Origin: an uncultured Bacilli bacterium | GTDB taxonomy: Bacteria > Bacillota_I > Bacilli_A > RFN20 > CAG-826 | Assembly (NCBI GenBank): GCA_944358985.1 | Contig: CALVSI010000001.1 | Coordinates: 80,156-144,155 of the forward strand | Direction of reading: 5' to 3' | DNA: 64,000 nt | Shown here: one piece after another, positions 1-9,897 of the stretch | Layout: each line of letters starts with the position of its first letter | How positions within the stretch are numbered: the first letter of the stretch is position 1 | The notes under the pieces: generated by a model | The model's database searches: none | Told to the model about the DNA's origin: nothing | The model's input: only the letters and a program-made list of their open reading frames with translations | Translations under genes and position numbers: made by a program

Positions 1-78
1 CTCGTTTTTTTCTTGTGTTAAATTTGTTGTTTGAAAATTCATTTCTTTTTTAAAATTTAATTCATTTTGTTCAATCAT
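1..78 (-). CDS. 5' part of a gene running off the window edge (MIEQNELNFKKEMNFQTTNLTQEKNE...), product unknown
   Basis: ATG at 78-76 preceded by GGAGG with 7-nt spacer; frame open to the window edge. Confidence 0.5.
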   Translation of the reverse strand, partial: MIEQNELNFKKEMNFQTTNLTQEKNE

Positions 79-107
79 AAAAAAACCTCCTAATTACTAA
101 TAGGAGG
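79..107 (-). terminator. Intrinsic terminator-like hairpin after the ABC operon; its 3' arm contains the SD of the next gene
   Basis: CCTCCTA-ttagtaat-TAGGAGG followed by T7 on the minus strand. Confidence 0.65.
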
Positions 108-131
108 AAATTTTTAATATTGCTAATTTTT

Positions 132-920
132 TTAAAAAGAATATTTATTTTTTAAATATCGCTTAAGGAAATACATGATTATGTCAACCAAACCTATAAT
201 AACAATCGCATGTAAAGAATATGCCATGATTTGATCAACAAAAGCAAAATTATATGCTTGTCTAATCAACATTCCTAATCCATGTATTGAATTATTTCCA
301 ATTAAAACTTCCGCCATAAGGCTAACTTTCATACCTAAGCCTAATGTTTGAAATGACGCTAAAAGTAAATATGGTATCAAATTTGGTATTTTTATATTTA
401 AAATAGCTTTCATATTATGTAAACCAGCATCTACTTTTATTGAATTAACAATATTTTTGTCTAAACTTTCATATCCATTGATTACAGCTTCATAAATTAT
501 TGGAAACATAACCAAAAAAACGATTAAAAACAAAGACATAAATGGTTTAAATAAAACGATTAGAATTAAAATTACCGCTGCGGTTGGCACTGTTTTTAAA
601 ATTAGTACTAATGGCTTTAAAATTAAACGTACAGTATGGAATTCACCAGCTAATATTCCTAATATAAATCCAATAGCAAAACTTAATAAAAAAGATAGAA
701 TGAGCCTAAGAAAAGTCCATCCTATCGCTATATATAATTCACTTGTTGTATAATAATTAAAATATAAATTTAAAACTTCAATCGGCGTTGGAAATAAAGA
801 ATTATTAATAGTTATTGCTAGAATATACCATATGATGAAAATAGCAACTATGCCAATTACGACATATAACACATTTAAAACTTTTTTTAATAATTCTTTT
901 TCCCTAGCGCTTAATTTCAT
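132..920 (-). CDS. ABC transporter permease, NitT/TauT (SsuC-like) family
   Basis: About 6 TM helices, FPTP motif after TM1, T.P..A and AE..G...GLG motifs; overlaps the binding-protein gene. Confidence 0.85.
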   Translation of the reverse strand: MKLSAREKELLKKVLNVLYVVIGIVAIFIIWYILAITINNSLFPTPIEVLNLYFNYYTTSELYIAIGWTFLRLILSFLLSFAIGFILGILAGEFHTVRLILKPLVLILKTVPTAAVILILIVLFKPFMSLFLIVFLVMFPIIYEAVINGYESLDKNIVNSIKVDAGLHNMKAILNIKIPNLIPYLLLASFQTLGLGMKVSLMAEVLIGNNSIHGLGMLIRQAYNFAFVDQIMAYSLHAIVIIGLVDIIMYFLKRYLKNKYSF

Positions 921-1867
921 AATATGTAGTCAGAATAATCTTCAGTAATACCTAATATTTCAAAAAAATTATTAATATCTAAATTATTTTCCTCTAGTAA
1001 AGCAAATCCATTAGGAGTGTCTTGACTACTTTGAACCTTGTACGCAATATTGGAATTAAAACCAAATAATTTTTGTTGATCTTCTAAACTTAATTGTTCA
1101 TCCATTGTTTGTTTCATATATAAAGGATCATTTATGCATGTGTCGATTCTTTCATCGATTAAGGCCATTTGTTCATCGAAATATCCTTTGTGTTCATTAT
1201 AATAATTCATATTAACAAATAATCCAGCTTGAGGAATTCCAGACTGTCCTGTTTCTTCTTCCCACATATCTTTAAATGAAGCGATAACTGTTAGGTGATC
1301 ATATGTCGCAGCTTTTTCATTTTCCATTATTGTAGATAAAACAGGTTGTGCTACAACAACATAATCGACTTTTTCTCCCTCATACATTCCTGATGCTAAG
1401 ATAGCGCCGGCTTCCGATGTACTAGCAACATATGAAGTATTATCGATTATCTCTTGGTTTTCTCTATATAAGTATTTAAAAGCTAAATCTGGTATAAGTC
1501 CCTCGCCAAAAGAAACGATTTTATCTTCGCTTGTTGGTTGATCTGTCTTATCGATTCCGACCAAATATAAATTGCCACCAGTAATTATTCTAGCTAATTT
1601 ATAATGTCCATCGTTTGCTTTTAAGTTTTTTAAACCATTATAAAAATCAAAAACAACCATGCCATAGTCGTCAGTAGATAATTGTGCTAAAACATTCGCG
1701 GGTGTTTGATTAGTTTCAAATGTACCATTTGTTCCTTGATCATAAAATGCAATCGCAGGTGCACCTGATGGTGATATAGTTTTCATATACGGCAAAATTT
1801 CTTTTGGTGCACATCCAGCCAATAAACTAGTTAAAACTACAAATCCTAAAATAATATTTTTTTTCAT
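917..1867 (-). CDS. ABC transporter substrate-binding lipoprotein, NitT/TauT family
   Basis: Lipobox LAGC; PSGAPA, G.G..PD and G.PQAG motifs; coupled to the permease. Confidence 0.8.
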   Translation of the reverse strand: MKKNIILGFVVLTSLLAGCAPKEILPYMKTISPSGAPAIAFYDQGTNGTFETNQTPANVLAQLSTDDYGMVVFDFYNGLKNLKANDGHYKLARIITGGNLYLVGIDKTDQPTSEDKIVSFGEGLIPDLAFKYLYRENQEIIDNTSYVASTSEAGAILASGMYEGEKVDYVVVAQPVLSTIMENEKAATYDHLTVIASFKDMWEEETGQSGIPQAGLFVNMNYYNEHKGYFDEQMALIDERIDTCINDPLYMKQTMDEQLSLEDQQKLFGFNSNIAYKVQSSQDTPNGFALLEENNLDINNFFEILGITEDYSDYIL

Positions 1868-1878
1868 AATACCTTCTT

Positions 1879-3090
1879 TTAAAATAGTTCTTTAATAACG
1901 CTACCAATTAAATTATTTGGCTTTTCTAATTTAAAATTATATAGAATAGTCGCACCTATATCAGCGAAAGAATTTCTTTTATCTAACATTTTCCCATTAT
2001 CGAATAATTTACTATACATCAATAATGGAACTCGTTCTCTAGTGTGATCAGTGCCATGCCAAGTTGGATCGTTTCCATGATCAGCAGTAATAATTAAAAG
2101 GTCATCTTGTCGCAAGTCTTTTAACAATGAATTTAATTTGACATCAAATTGCTCAATAGCTTTTCCATAACCAAGAGGATTTCGTCTATGTCCAAATTCA
2201 GAATCAAATTCAACAAGATTAACAAAACATAAGCCAAGCTTAAAATTAGGATTATTAACTTCGTTTTGTGTAATATCCATACCATTATCATTTGAAACAG
2301 TTTTTTGTGTTTTTGTTACGCCGTATCCATCAAATATATCACCAATTTTTCCCACACAACTAACCATTATTCCATTGTCATCTAAAATATTCATAACGGT
2401 TTCATGTGGTGGCTTTAAAGCTAAATCATGACGGTTTGGTGTACGTTTGAAATTATCTTTGTTTGTACCAATAAAAGGTCTTGCAATAACTCTTCCAACG
2501 CGATATTTACTCTGCATGCATAATTTTCTAGCAATTTCACAGCAGCGATAAAGTTCTTCTAAACCTGTAACTTCTTCATGCGCGGCGATTTGTAAGACCG
2601 AATCAGCACTTGTATAAACAATCAAAGAATTTTCTTTCATTTGTTGCTCACCAAGTTCTTTGATAATTTCTGTTCCGCTGGCGGCAACATTTCCAATAAT
2701 TTTATGACCAGTTTCTTTTTCAAGTTCATCAATTAATTCTTTTGGAAAACCAGTTTCAGTAAACGTAACAAATGGTTCGACAGTTTTAATACCCATCATT
2801 TCCCAATGGCCAGTCATTGTATCTTTTCCAACACTTTCTTCTTGTGCCTTACAGACAAAACTATAGGGGTGTTCTACTTTATTGGTGCCTTGAATATTAT
2901 CTAAATCGCCTAATCCTAACCTATTTAAAGTAGGAATATTAAGACCATGACATTCATTAGAAATATGGACTAAGGTGTTTGCACCTTCATCGTTATATCG
3001 ATAAGAAGTTTCATCATAACCAATACCAACACTATCCATAACAATGACAAATACTCTTTTAAATTTTTTAAAGCGTTCAGCGTTATTCAT
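1879..3090 (-). CDS. deoB: Phosphopentomutase
   Basis: [51 protein letters not shown] motifs. Confidence 0.97.
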   Translation of the reverse strand: MNNAERFKKFKRVFVIVMDSVGIGYDETSYRYNDEGANTLVHISNECHGLNIPTLNRLGLGDLDNIQGTNKVEHPYSFVCKAQEESVGKDTMTGHWEMMGIKTVEPFVTFTETGFPKELIDELEKETGHKIIGNVAASGTEIIKELGEQQMKENSLIVYTSADSVLQIAAHEEVTGLEELYRCCEIARKLCMQSKYRVGRVIARPFIGTNKDNFKRTPNRHDLALKPPHETVMNILDDNGIMVSCVGKIGDIFDGYGVTKTQKTVSNDNGMDITQNEVNNPNFKLGLCFVNLVEFDSEFGHRRNPLGYGKAIEQFDVKLNSLLKDLRQDDLLIITADHGNDPTWHGTDHTRERVPLLMYSKLFDNGKMLDKRNSFADIGATILYNFKLEKPNNLIGSVIKELF

Positions 3091-3145
3091 TTTTTACCTC
3101 CGTATTTATAATAGTGAATTTCATCTATATATTCTATGAATATGC

Positions 3146-4027
3146 TCAGTTATTTTTCATAAAAGAATCATAGGCAGAAATAATTCTTTTAGATGACACG
3201 TGCGTGTAGATTTGTGTGGTGGCAATATTAGTGTGCCCTAACATTTCTTGAACTATTCTTAAATCCGCACCATTTTCTAACATGTGTGTCGCAAAGCAAT
3301 GTCTTAAAGTATGAGGAGAAATATTTTCTTTAATTCCCGCTAGTAAAGCATACTTTTTTATCCTTTTGAAAAAATATTGTCTAGATAAAGGCTCACCATA
3401 TTTACTCAAAAATAAATATTCAGATTTTACTTTAACATTTTTGCTTCTCACATCGTTTATATATTTTACCACAAATTCACTAGCAAATTCTCCAAAAGGA
3501 ATTTTTCTTTGTTTTTTACCTTTTCCCATTACTGTTACAATGTTTTCTTTTAAATCAATATCACCTTTTTTAAGGTTTAATAATTCGCTGACACGTAAAC
3601 CGCTCGCATACATCATTTCAAGCATAGCTTTGTCTCTTATTTCATCATCTTTTTCTAAATTTGGTGCATCTAATAAAGCTTCTACTTCCTCAAATGAAAT
3701 TAAAGTTGGAAGATGAAAAGGCTTTTTTGGTGCATCAACTTCTTCAATGGGTATATTTAATATTTCTTCTTTAACTAAAAACATAAAAAATCCTTTTAAA
3801 GATGATAATCTTCGCAGTGCTGTAGTCACACTTTTTTTATTTTCCAATTGGAATTTTAAAAATTCTGATAAATCATCTTCTTCAATTTCGTTTGTATCAG
3901 TTATTTTTTTGAAAACATCAGTGTACAAATTAATATCTTCTAGATAAGCTTTGCAAGTTAAAATCGAAAGGCCCTTTTCCGCCAAAAGATATTGGTAATA
4001 ATTATCTATTGCGTCTTTTATGTCCAT
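3146..4027 (-). CDS. xerD: Site-specific tyrosine recombinase XerD
   Basis: RDKAMLE.MYASGLRVSEL, GKG.K.R, HTLRH.FATH, LGH..I.TTQIYTH; conserved xerD-deoB order. Confidence 0.9.
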   Translation of the reverse strand: MDIKDAIDNYYQYLLAEKGLSILTCKAYLEDINLYTDVFKKITDTNEIEEDDLSEFLKFQLENKKSVTTALRRLSSLKGFFMFLVKEEILNIPIEEVDAPKKPFHLPTLISFEEVEALLDAPNLEKDDEIRDKAMLEMMYASGLRVSELLNLKKGDIDLKENIVTVMGKGKKQRKIPFGEFASEFVVKYINDVRSKNVKVKSEYLFLSKYGEPLSRQYFFKRIKKYALLAGIKENISPHTLRHCFATHMLENGADLRIVQEMLGHTNIATTQIYTHVSSKRIISAYDSFMKNN

Positions 4028-5213
4028 TGTCTTTCTCCTTTATAGCGTCTATGGCTCTAAATAACATTGGCTTTGATAAATGCCGATTTAATTCATTAAT
4101 GAGTAATTTTGTTTGTGATTGTTTGATGCCTTCTTCATAATCATAAAAAGTCATTTGAACAGCAACATCTTTAATATCAACAAAATTAGAAACGCCAACT
4201 CCGATTAGTCTGATCAAACGATTGTCATAAAATTTATCTAATAGATCCAAACAAACATCAAAAATAGTATCCTCATCACTTATTGGCTTATCTAATGTAA
4301 TTGATTTACTTTTGCTAATAAAATCAGTGTCTTTGATGACTAATGTAATTGTTTTTGCTAATTTATTTTCTTTTTTTAATCGATAGGTAACATCTTTTGA
4401 TAAATTTTTAATAACGCTCCTTATTTCCATATATTCATTTGTGTCATATTTTAAAGTAGTCGATGTTTGAATTGATTTTGGATTTCTTTCCTCATCAAAA
4501 TTAATTTCGTCATCACCTTCACCATTAAGCCATTTTTCGATTGTAAAATAAAATTTACCTAAAATATTTCTAACATCTTCGTCATTATTTTTTATTTTAT
4601 TTGCTAAATCTCCAATAGTTTGTATCCCTAAATCAATAAGTCTTGGTGACGTTTTTCTTCCTATACCATACATAGAAGATAAATCTAATGGATATATAAT
4701 AGTTCTAAAATCTTTTTTTCTTAAAATAGTAATTCCATTTGGCTTTTTATAATCAGAACCCATTTTGGCAAGAAATTTGTTTGTCGATATCCCAATTGAA
4801 CAATATAATTTAGTCTTATCATATAATTTCTTTTGAAAATCTTTAAAAAATTCAATCGGATTTTTAACATCTTTTAAAACATCGCTAAAATCAGCGTAAC
4901 ATTCATCGATTGACGCTACTTCTACTTTTTTGGTATACGACTTGACATATAAAATAAATTCACGCGACATCAAACTATAAAAATCAAAATCAGCAGGTTT
5001 TATAATTAAGTCCGGACATAAAGTTGTTGCTTGAAACATCGGCATGCCGCTTCGCACACCATATTTTCTAGCTGCATAAGAACATGTAGAGACGATTCCA
5101 GCACGTCCTTGATGACCAACCGCGACTGGCTTATTAATTAAAGTAGGATCTTTAATTTCTTCACAACGAACAAAGAAATAATTTAAATCTATATGAACAA
5201 TAATTTTTGCCAT
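4002..5213 (-). CDS. dinB: DNA polymerase IV (Y family)
   Basis: HIDLNYFF, SY.AR.YGV.SGM, SIDECY, KFLAKMGSD..KPNG. Confidence 0.95.
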   Translation of the reverse strand: MAKIIVHIDLNYFFVRCEEIKDPTLINKPVAVGHQGRAGIVSTCSYAARKYGVRSGMPMFQATTLCPDLIIKPADFDFYSLMSREFILYVKSYTKKVEVASIDECYADFSDVLKDVKNPIEFFKDFQKKLYDKTKLYCSIGISTNKFLAKMGSDYKKPNGITILRKKDFRTIIYPLDLSSMYGIGRKTSPRLIDLGIQTIGDLANKIKNNDEDVRNILGKFYFTIEKWLNGEGDDEINFDEERNPKSIQTSTTLKYDTNEYMEIRSVIKNLSKDVTYRLKKENKLAKTITLVIKDTDFISKSKSITLDKPISDEDTIFDVCLDLLDKFYDNRLIRLIGVGVSNFVDIKDVAVQMTFYDYEEGIKQSQTKLLINELNRHLSKPMLFRAIDAIKEKDNGHKRRNR

Positions 5214-5219
5214 GTTTAG

Positions 5220-5228
5220 ATTATATCA
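5220..5228 (-). promoter_or_regulatory. Extended -10 promoter (TGaTATAAT) 6 nt before the dinB ATG; probable leaderless mRNA
   Basis: TGATATAAT-ctaaac-ATG with no SD. Confidence 0.65.
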
Positions 5229-5246
5229 TATTATGTTAACCAGATG

Positions 5247-7103
5247 CTATTTTTTTACTAAATAATTAAAAACATTAATTGGTAAGATATTTGATATTTC
5301 CAATTGTTCTTTAAATGCCATGTGAGGATAATAAAAATCATCGATAGCGAAAATTTTAATAGTTCCTTTATAGTTGTTTTCAATTAATAAGTTTTCTAAA
5401 TGAAGTGCAAATCCTGATTTATTAGCGTAGCCATCATAAATAACAATTTCGTCATACTTAAGTAATTGGTTAACATAATCTTTGCGTATTGGTTTCAAAT
5501 AACAAGCATCATAATAATCAATATTTAGGTTGTTATCTTTAATTAATTCGAACAATTCATAGCCAAAATTACCAACTCCTATAACGCAAATTCTTGAATC
5601 CGAATTCAAATTTAATAAGTGCCAATCTTGATAATTTGTTTTAGGATATTTTAAAATATCATTTGCTTCATCTTTAGGATAACGAATGACAAATAAGCCA
5701 TGGTTGTTGATTGATTCTTTTAATAAATCAAGGCAAGTTTTCTTATTATTTGCCATTGTAATAACAGAATTTGGTAAATCATAAATAAAAGATTCATCAA
5801 AACTTCCTTGATGAGTTTCACCATCAAAACCACCAGTGCCAGCACGATCTACTAATAAAGTAATATTAACGTTCATTCTTGCAATATCATGATTTAATTG
5901 ATCGTACGCTCTTTGTAAAAATGTAGAATACATCGAAACAATTGGATGAAATCCTTCCAAAGCTAAACCTAAAGCCATTGTTATAGCATGCTCTTCACAA
6001 ATTCCAACATCAAAAGATCTATTTGGAAAATCTTCATATATTTTTTCTAAACAAGATCCTTTCATTGTCGCTGGTGTTATCAATATAATTTTTTCATTAT
6101 CTTTCATTAATTGATAAACTCCATCTGCATATACTTTTGAATAAGTTTCTTTATTTGAAACAAAAAGAGGTTTGCCAGTCAAAATATTAAATGGTTCAAC
6201 GCCATGCCATGAACCAGAATTATCAATTTCACTATATTTATATCCTTTTCCTTTTTTTGTCTTAAGGTGAACCACGCAAGGCTTGTTCATTTTTTTAGCC
6301 TTTTTAAATATTTTTTCCATTTTTTTAATATTATGTCCATCACAAGGACCAAAATATTTTAATGATAAATTATCAAAAATTGTTGATGGAATAAGCATTT
6401 TGGCAATTTTGTTTTTAATAGCCGAAGTAAAAGTATAAATCTTTTTACCTACTTTTGTTTTTTGCATGAATGTCTTATAGCGTGTCTTAGCACTCATATA
6501 GGAAGTAGAATTAGAAATTTTCCGAAATAAATTGCCAAGTCCGCCTATTGATTTTGAAATAGACATCTCATTATCATTTAATACAATAATCAATTTATGC
6601 TGATTAAAAGATAAATTATTTAAACCTTCAAACGCTAATCCATTCGCGATACTCGCATCGCCAATAAAAGCAATGATGTTATAATCTTCTTTTTTTAAAT
6701 CTCGTCCGATAGCCATACCATAGGCAGCACTTATCGATGTTGAGGAATGCCCCGCTTCAAAAACATCATATTTTGATTCGCTTCGTTTTTGAAAACCGCT
6801 TACGCCATTCTTGTGACGCAGATTAGATAAATCTCTACCTGTTAATATTTTATATGTATAACTTTGATGTCCAACATCAAATAATATTTTGTCTTTATCA
6901 AAATCAAAAACACGGCACAACGCAATGCTTGCATCGATTACTCCCAAATTGCTTGAAAGATGACCGCCATTTTTTGCTACGGTTTCTATGATATATTGTG
7001 TGATTTTATCTTTAAGAAGTAAAATTTCATCATACGTTAACTCTTTAACAAAATTGGGATTTGTGATTTTAGATATATCGATGTTACGAATTTCTTTTTT
7101 CAT
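5247..7103 (-). CDS. dxs: 1-deoxy-D-xylulose-5-phosphate synthase
   Basis: GGHLSSNLG, DVGHQSY, GHSSTSIS, GDASI..G.AFE.LNN, YSTFLQRAYDQ, DGETHQG. Confidence 0.95.
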   Translation of the reverse strand: MKKEIRNIDISKITNPNFVKELTYDEILLLKDKITQYIIETVAKNGGHLSSNLGVIDASIALCRVFDFDKDKILFDVGHQSYTYKILTGRDLSNLRHKNGVSGFQKRSESKYDVFEAGHSSTSISAAYGMAIGRDLKKEDYNIIAFIGDASIANGLAFEGLNNLSFNQHKLIIVLNDNEMSISKSIGGLGNLFRKISNSTSYMSAKTRYKTFMQKTKVGKKIYTFTSAIKNKIAKMLIPSTIFDNLSLKYFGPCDGHNIKKMEKIFKKAKKMNKPCVVHLKTKKGKGYKYSEIDNSGSWHGVEPFNILTGKPLFVSNKETYSKVYADGVYQLMKDNEKIILITPATMKGSCLEKIYEDFPNRSFDVGICEEHAITMALGLALEGFHPIVSMYSTFLQRAYDQLNHDIARMNVNITLLVDRAGTGGFDGETHQGSFDESFIYDLPNSVITMANNKKTCLDLLKESINNHGLFVIRYPKDEANDILKYPKTNYQDWHLLNLNSDSRICVIGVGNFGYELFELIKDNNLNIDYYDACYLKPIRKDYVNQLLKYDEIVIYDGYANKSGFALHLENLLIENNYKGTIKIFAIDDFYYPHMAFKEQLEISNILPINVFNYLVKK

Positions 7104-7130
7104 ACTAAAAATAAACTAAATTTTTACTAA

Positions 7131-7319
7131 TTACTCTATTATTTTCTCTATTTTTTCTTTTACATTTTTTAAAGCATCCTGAATGCTATCGATGATAATT
7201 TTAGCATCTTCATATAATTTAATGCTTTCATCAATACTCGTATTTTCATCATTAATTTTCTCTAATATTTCTTTTAATTTATTTAATGATTGTTCAAAAT
7301 CAATATTTTTATTTTCCAT
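7131..7319 (-). CDS. xseB: Exodeoxyribonuclease VII small subunit
   Basis: FE..L..L..I...I......SIDESIKLYE; follows xseA. Confidence 0.9.
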   Translation of the reverse strand: MENKNIDFEQSLNKLKEILEKINDENTSIDESIKLYEDAKIIIDSIQDALKNVKEKIEKIIE

Positions 7320-8460
7320 TTTTTGTTACCTCCAAAATAGTGCTTTTAATTGTACCATCACTTATTGTAGTAAAAATTATATCACCTTTATTAACGTCTC
7401 CACATGATTTAACTACACTTTTTTTATCTTCTTTTCGTGTTAATGAATATCCTCTTTTTAATATATTTAAGGGATTTAAATCATTTAGACGATTATTATA
7501 TAGTTCAATTTGTTTTATTAAGTTTTCCAATTTAATTTTTATACTTTTATGTAAATTATCTTTTAGATAATTGTAATCTGTAATAAAACTATTCAATTTG
7601 TTTTTAATTTGATTTTTCATTTCGTTTTCATAACTATTACAAATTTGTTTTATTTCTCTTACATCGATAGTCGCTAATTCAGCAGCACCTGTAGGTGTTG
7701 ACGCTCTTTTATCAGCGATATAATCGATTAAAGTCAGATCTATCTCATGTCCAACCGCACTTATAATAGGACATTTGCTATTTGATAATGCGATTATTAG
7801 TGTTTCATCGTTAAAAGCACTTAAATCTTCACTTGATCCACCACCGCGTCCAATAATTAAAGTATCAATATCGTATTCTTGGGACTTAAAATATGCTTTT
7901 AATATTTCTTTAGCGGCCCCATCGCCTTGAACTTGACAAGGAAAGACATAAATGTCACAAAATGGATATCTGCGCTTTATATTAACAATAATATCTTTTA
8001 AAGCTGCACTATTTTTAGCACTTATCACGCCGATTGCTTTTGGAAATATATTTATTGGTCGCTTTCTTTTTTCATCAAATAGCCCCATTTTATATAATTT
8101 TTGTTTTAATTCTTTAAATTGTAATAGTTTGTTTCCAAGTCCTTGATTTATAACATTATATACTTTTAGTGAATAACTTCCCCGACCAGTAAAAACACTA
8201 ATCGCACCGTATAAAATAACTTTATCGCCAGTTTTAATCTCGAATTTTAATTTCTGGTAATTGTTTTTAAATAATACACAGTTTATTGATGAATTTTTCT
8301 CGACATCTAATAAAGAAAAATAATAAACGCCATTACTAGCTAATTTAAAATTGCTTACTTCGCCTTGAACAAGTATAGATTGTAAATTTTCATCTTCTTC
8401 TAAGCGTGATTTTATATAATCGTTTAATTGACTAACACTAGGTATATCAGCATAATCCAT
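7309..8460 (-). CDS. xseA: Exodeoxyribonuclease VII large subunit
   Basis: SVSQLN.YIK, GEVSNF, RGGGS.EDL..FNDE, SAVGHE.D, TPTGAAE. Confidence 0.96.
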   Translation of the reverse strand: MDYADIPSVSQLNDYIKSRLEEDENLQSILVQGEVSNFKLASNGVYYFSLLDVEKNSSINCVLFKNNYQKLKFEIKTGDKVILYGAISVFTGRGSYSLKVYNVINQGLGNKLLQFKELKQKLYKMGLFDEKRKRPINIFPKAIGVISAKNSAALKDIIVNIKRRYPFCDIYVFPCQVQGDGAAKEILKAYFKSQEYDIDTLIIGRGGGSSEDLSAFNDETLIIALSNSKCPIISAVGHEIDLTLIDYIADKRASTPTGAAELATIDVREIKQICNSYENEMKNQIKNKLNSFITDYNYLKDNLHKSIKIKLENLIKQIELYNNRLNDLNPLNILKRGYSLTRKEDKKSVVKSCGDVNKGDIIFTTISDGTIKSTILEVTKNGK

Positions 8461-8873
8461 TATAAAAGATTCTCCAATATTCCATTTACAAAGCGATAAT
8501 TATTTTTATCTAAAAAAGTTTTAGCTTGTTTAATAGCGACATTTATAATTATTTTGCGATCGGTTTTTTCAATATAATGATAATGTGCATACGCTAAAAA
8601 AAGAATAGCTTGCATGATTTTGGAAAGTCTATTAAAAGACCAATCTCTTAAATATTTTGTAATATTTTCTTTAATTTCCTCTTTATGTGCGATCGCACTT
8701 ACCACTACACGCTTAATATAAAGATCAACTTCATCAAAGGGTTCTTCTAAATTATCGCTTATCAATTCTTTAATATCATATTTTAAATTCATTTCATCAT
8801 AGCAAAGACATTGATAAATTATAATCATCGCAATATTTTGAGCTTTATTTCTTGTCATCAACATTTTCTTCAA
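8460..8873 (-). CDS. nusB: Transcription antitermination factor NusB (true start may be a few codons downstream)
   Basis: W...RL, IIN.AI..AK, FVNGIL motifs; asp23-nusB-xseA synteny. Confidence 0.85.
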   Translation of the reverse strand: MKKMLMTRNKAQNIAMIIIYQCLCYDEMNLKYDIKELISDNLEEPFDEVDLYIKRVVVSAIAHKEEIKENITKYLRDWSFNRLSKIMQAILFLAYAHYHYIEKTDRKIIINVAIKQAKTFLDKNNYRFVNGILENLL

Positions 8874-9522
8874 CCTTTGTTATTTTATCATTTTCATTAT
8901 TGTTTTGCTTATAAATTTTTTCAATTGCAAAAAGATGATAATATTCATAAATAGAAATTATTAAAAAGAACCAAATTATTACATGCAAGCCAAGCATTAT
9001 CCAAAGATATTCGCTTGCCTCACCTATTAAATAACATGCCAAAATCATAATTGTATCAACTAAATAAAAAATAATTTGTCCATAAAAAGCAATCTTTTTG
9101 CCTTGACTAGCGTATATTCCTGCTAAAATCGCTAAGGAAGAAAAGATAAGACTAATGGCCATGATTATAACAATAAACCAAACAAAATCCAAGGATGGAT
9201 CTCCTAAACGATAAAAAGTAAGCATTTCAAAAATGCGAAACAAAAATGAATTGCTAGAAAAACAAAATGCATATTGATAAGTTGAAAAACTTAAACTATT
9301 TCCTAATAGTGTTCCTTCAATAAAAGTTGCAGGTGAAATTTGTTGAGTCGCATTTTGTATTAAACCAATCATCAAACCGAAAATATTAAAAACACCTGCC
9401 CAAATCATTATCCGTGAAGATTTTTGATAAGAACGCAAAGCTTTATTATGAGCTTGAGCGTAGGTCAGAACTTTTTTACTTTTCTTTTTTTTGACTTGCT
9501 TTTTGCTCATTTGTCTTTTCAA
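8845..9522 (-). CDS. Hypothetical membrane protein (about 4 TM, basic N-terminus)
   Basis: 225-aa ORF with hydrophobic segments, overlapping both neighbours. Confidence 0.7.
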   Translation of the reverse strand: MKRQMSKKQVKKKKSKKVLTYAQAHNKALRSYQKSSRIMIWAGVFNIFGLMIGLIQNATQQISPATFIEGTLLGNSLSFSTYQYAFCFSSNSFLFRIFEMLTFYRLGDPSLDFVWFIVIIMAISLIFSSLAILAGIYASQGKKIAFYGQIIFYLVDTIMILACYLIGEASEYLWIMLGLHVIIWFFLIISIYEYYHLFAIEKIYKQNNNENDKITKVEENVDDKK

Positions 9523-9847
9523 TTTTTATTTCAATATCAAAAGGAACTTGCTCAGTAGCTTCATTTAACGCTAAATGAATTTCTTTTTCTAATAATTGCT
9601 TTACTTCATCTTTATCAACGTTTGAATTTATCTCAATCGCTAACCAAACATGAACAACACCATTTCTAATTGTTATTTTAATTGGTCTATTTAGACGAAA
9701 ACGTTGATCTTTTTTCAACTGTCGACTACTTTTTGCGATTCCTGGCACATTTAAAATAGCGTCATTTACAAGATTTTCAAAAGCTAAATATGAAATGCCA
9801 ATTTTTCCTTTATTTGTTAAGTTATCTATAAAAACATAATCCGCCAT
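9476..9847 (-). CDS. Asp23/Gls24 family protein
   Basis: G.I.IS.....V..A...VPG pattern; canonical position upstream of nusB. Confidence 0.8.
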   Translation of the reverse strand: MADYVFIDNLTNKGKIGISYLAFENLVNDAILNVPGIAKSSRQLKKDQRFRLNRPIKITIRNGVVHVWLAIEINSNVDKDEVKQLLEKEIHLALNEATEQVPFDIEIKIEKTNEQKASQKKEK

Positions 9848-9897
9848 AAGTAAACCTCAGTTTAATTATATTTAAATATAAAAATTTCCACAACTAA

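Noticed and set aside
3146-4027. Tyrosine recombinase as the island integrase
   Set aside because: Typical chromosomal XerD in its conserved position next to deoB, about 38 kb from the island, with host-like composition.
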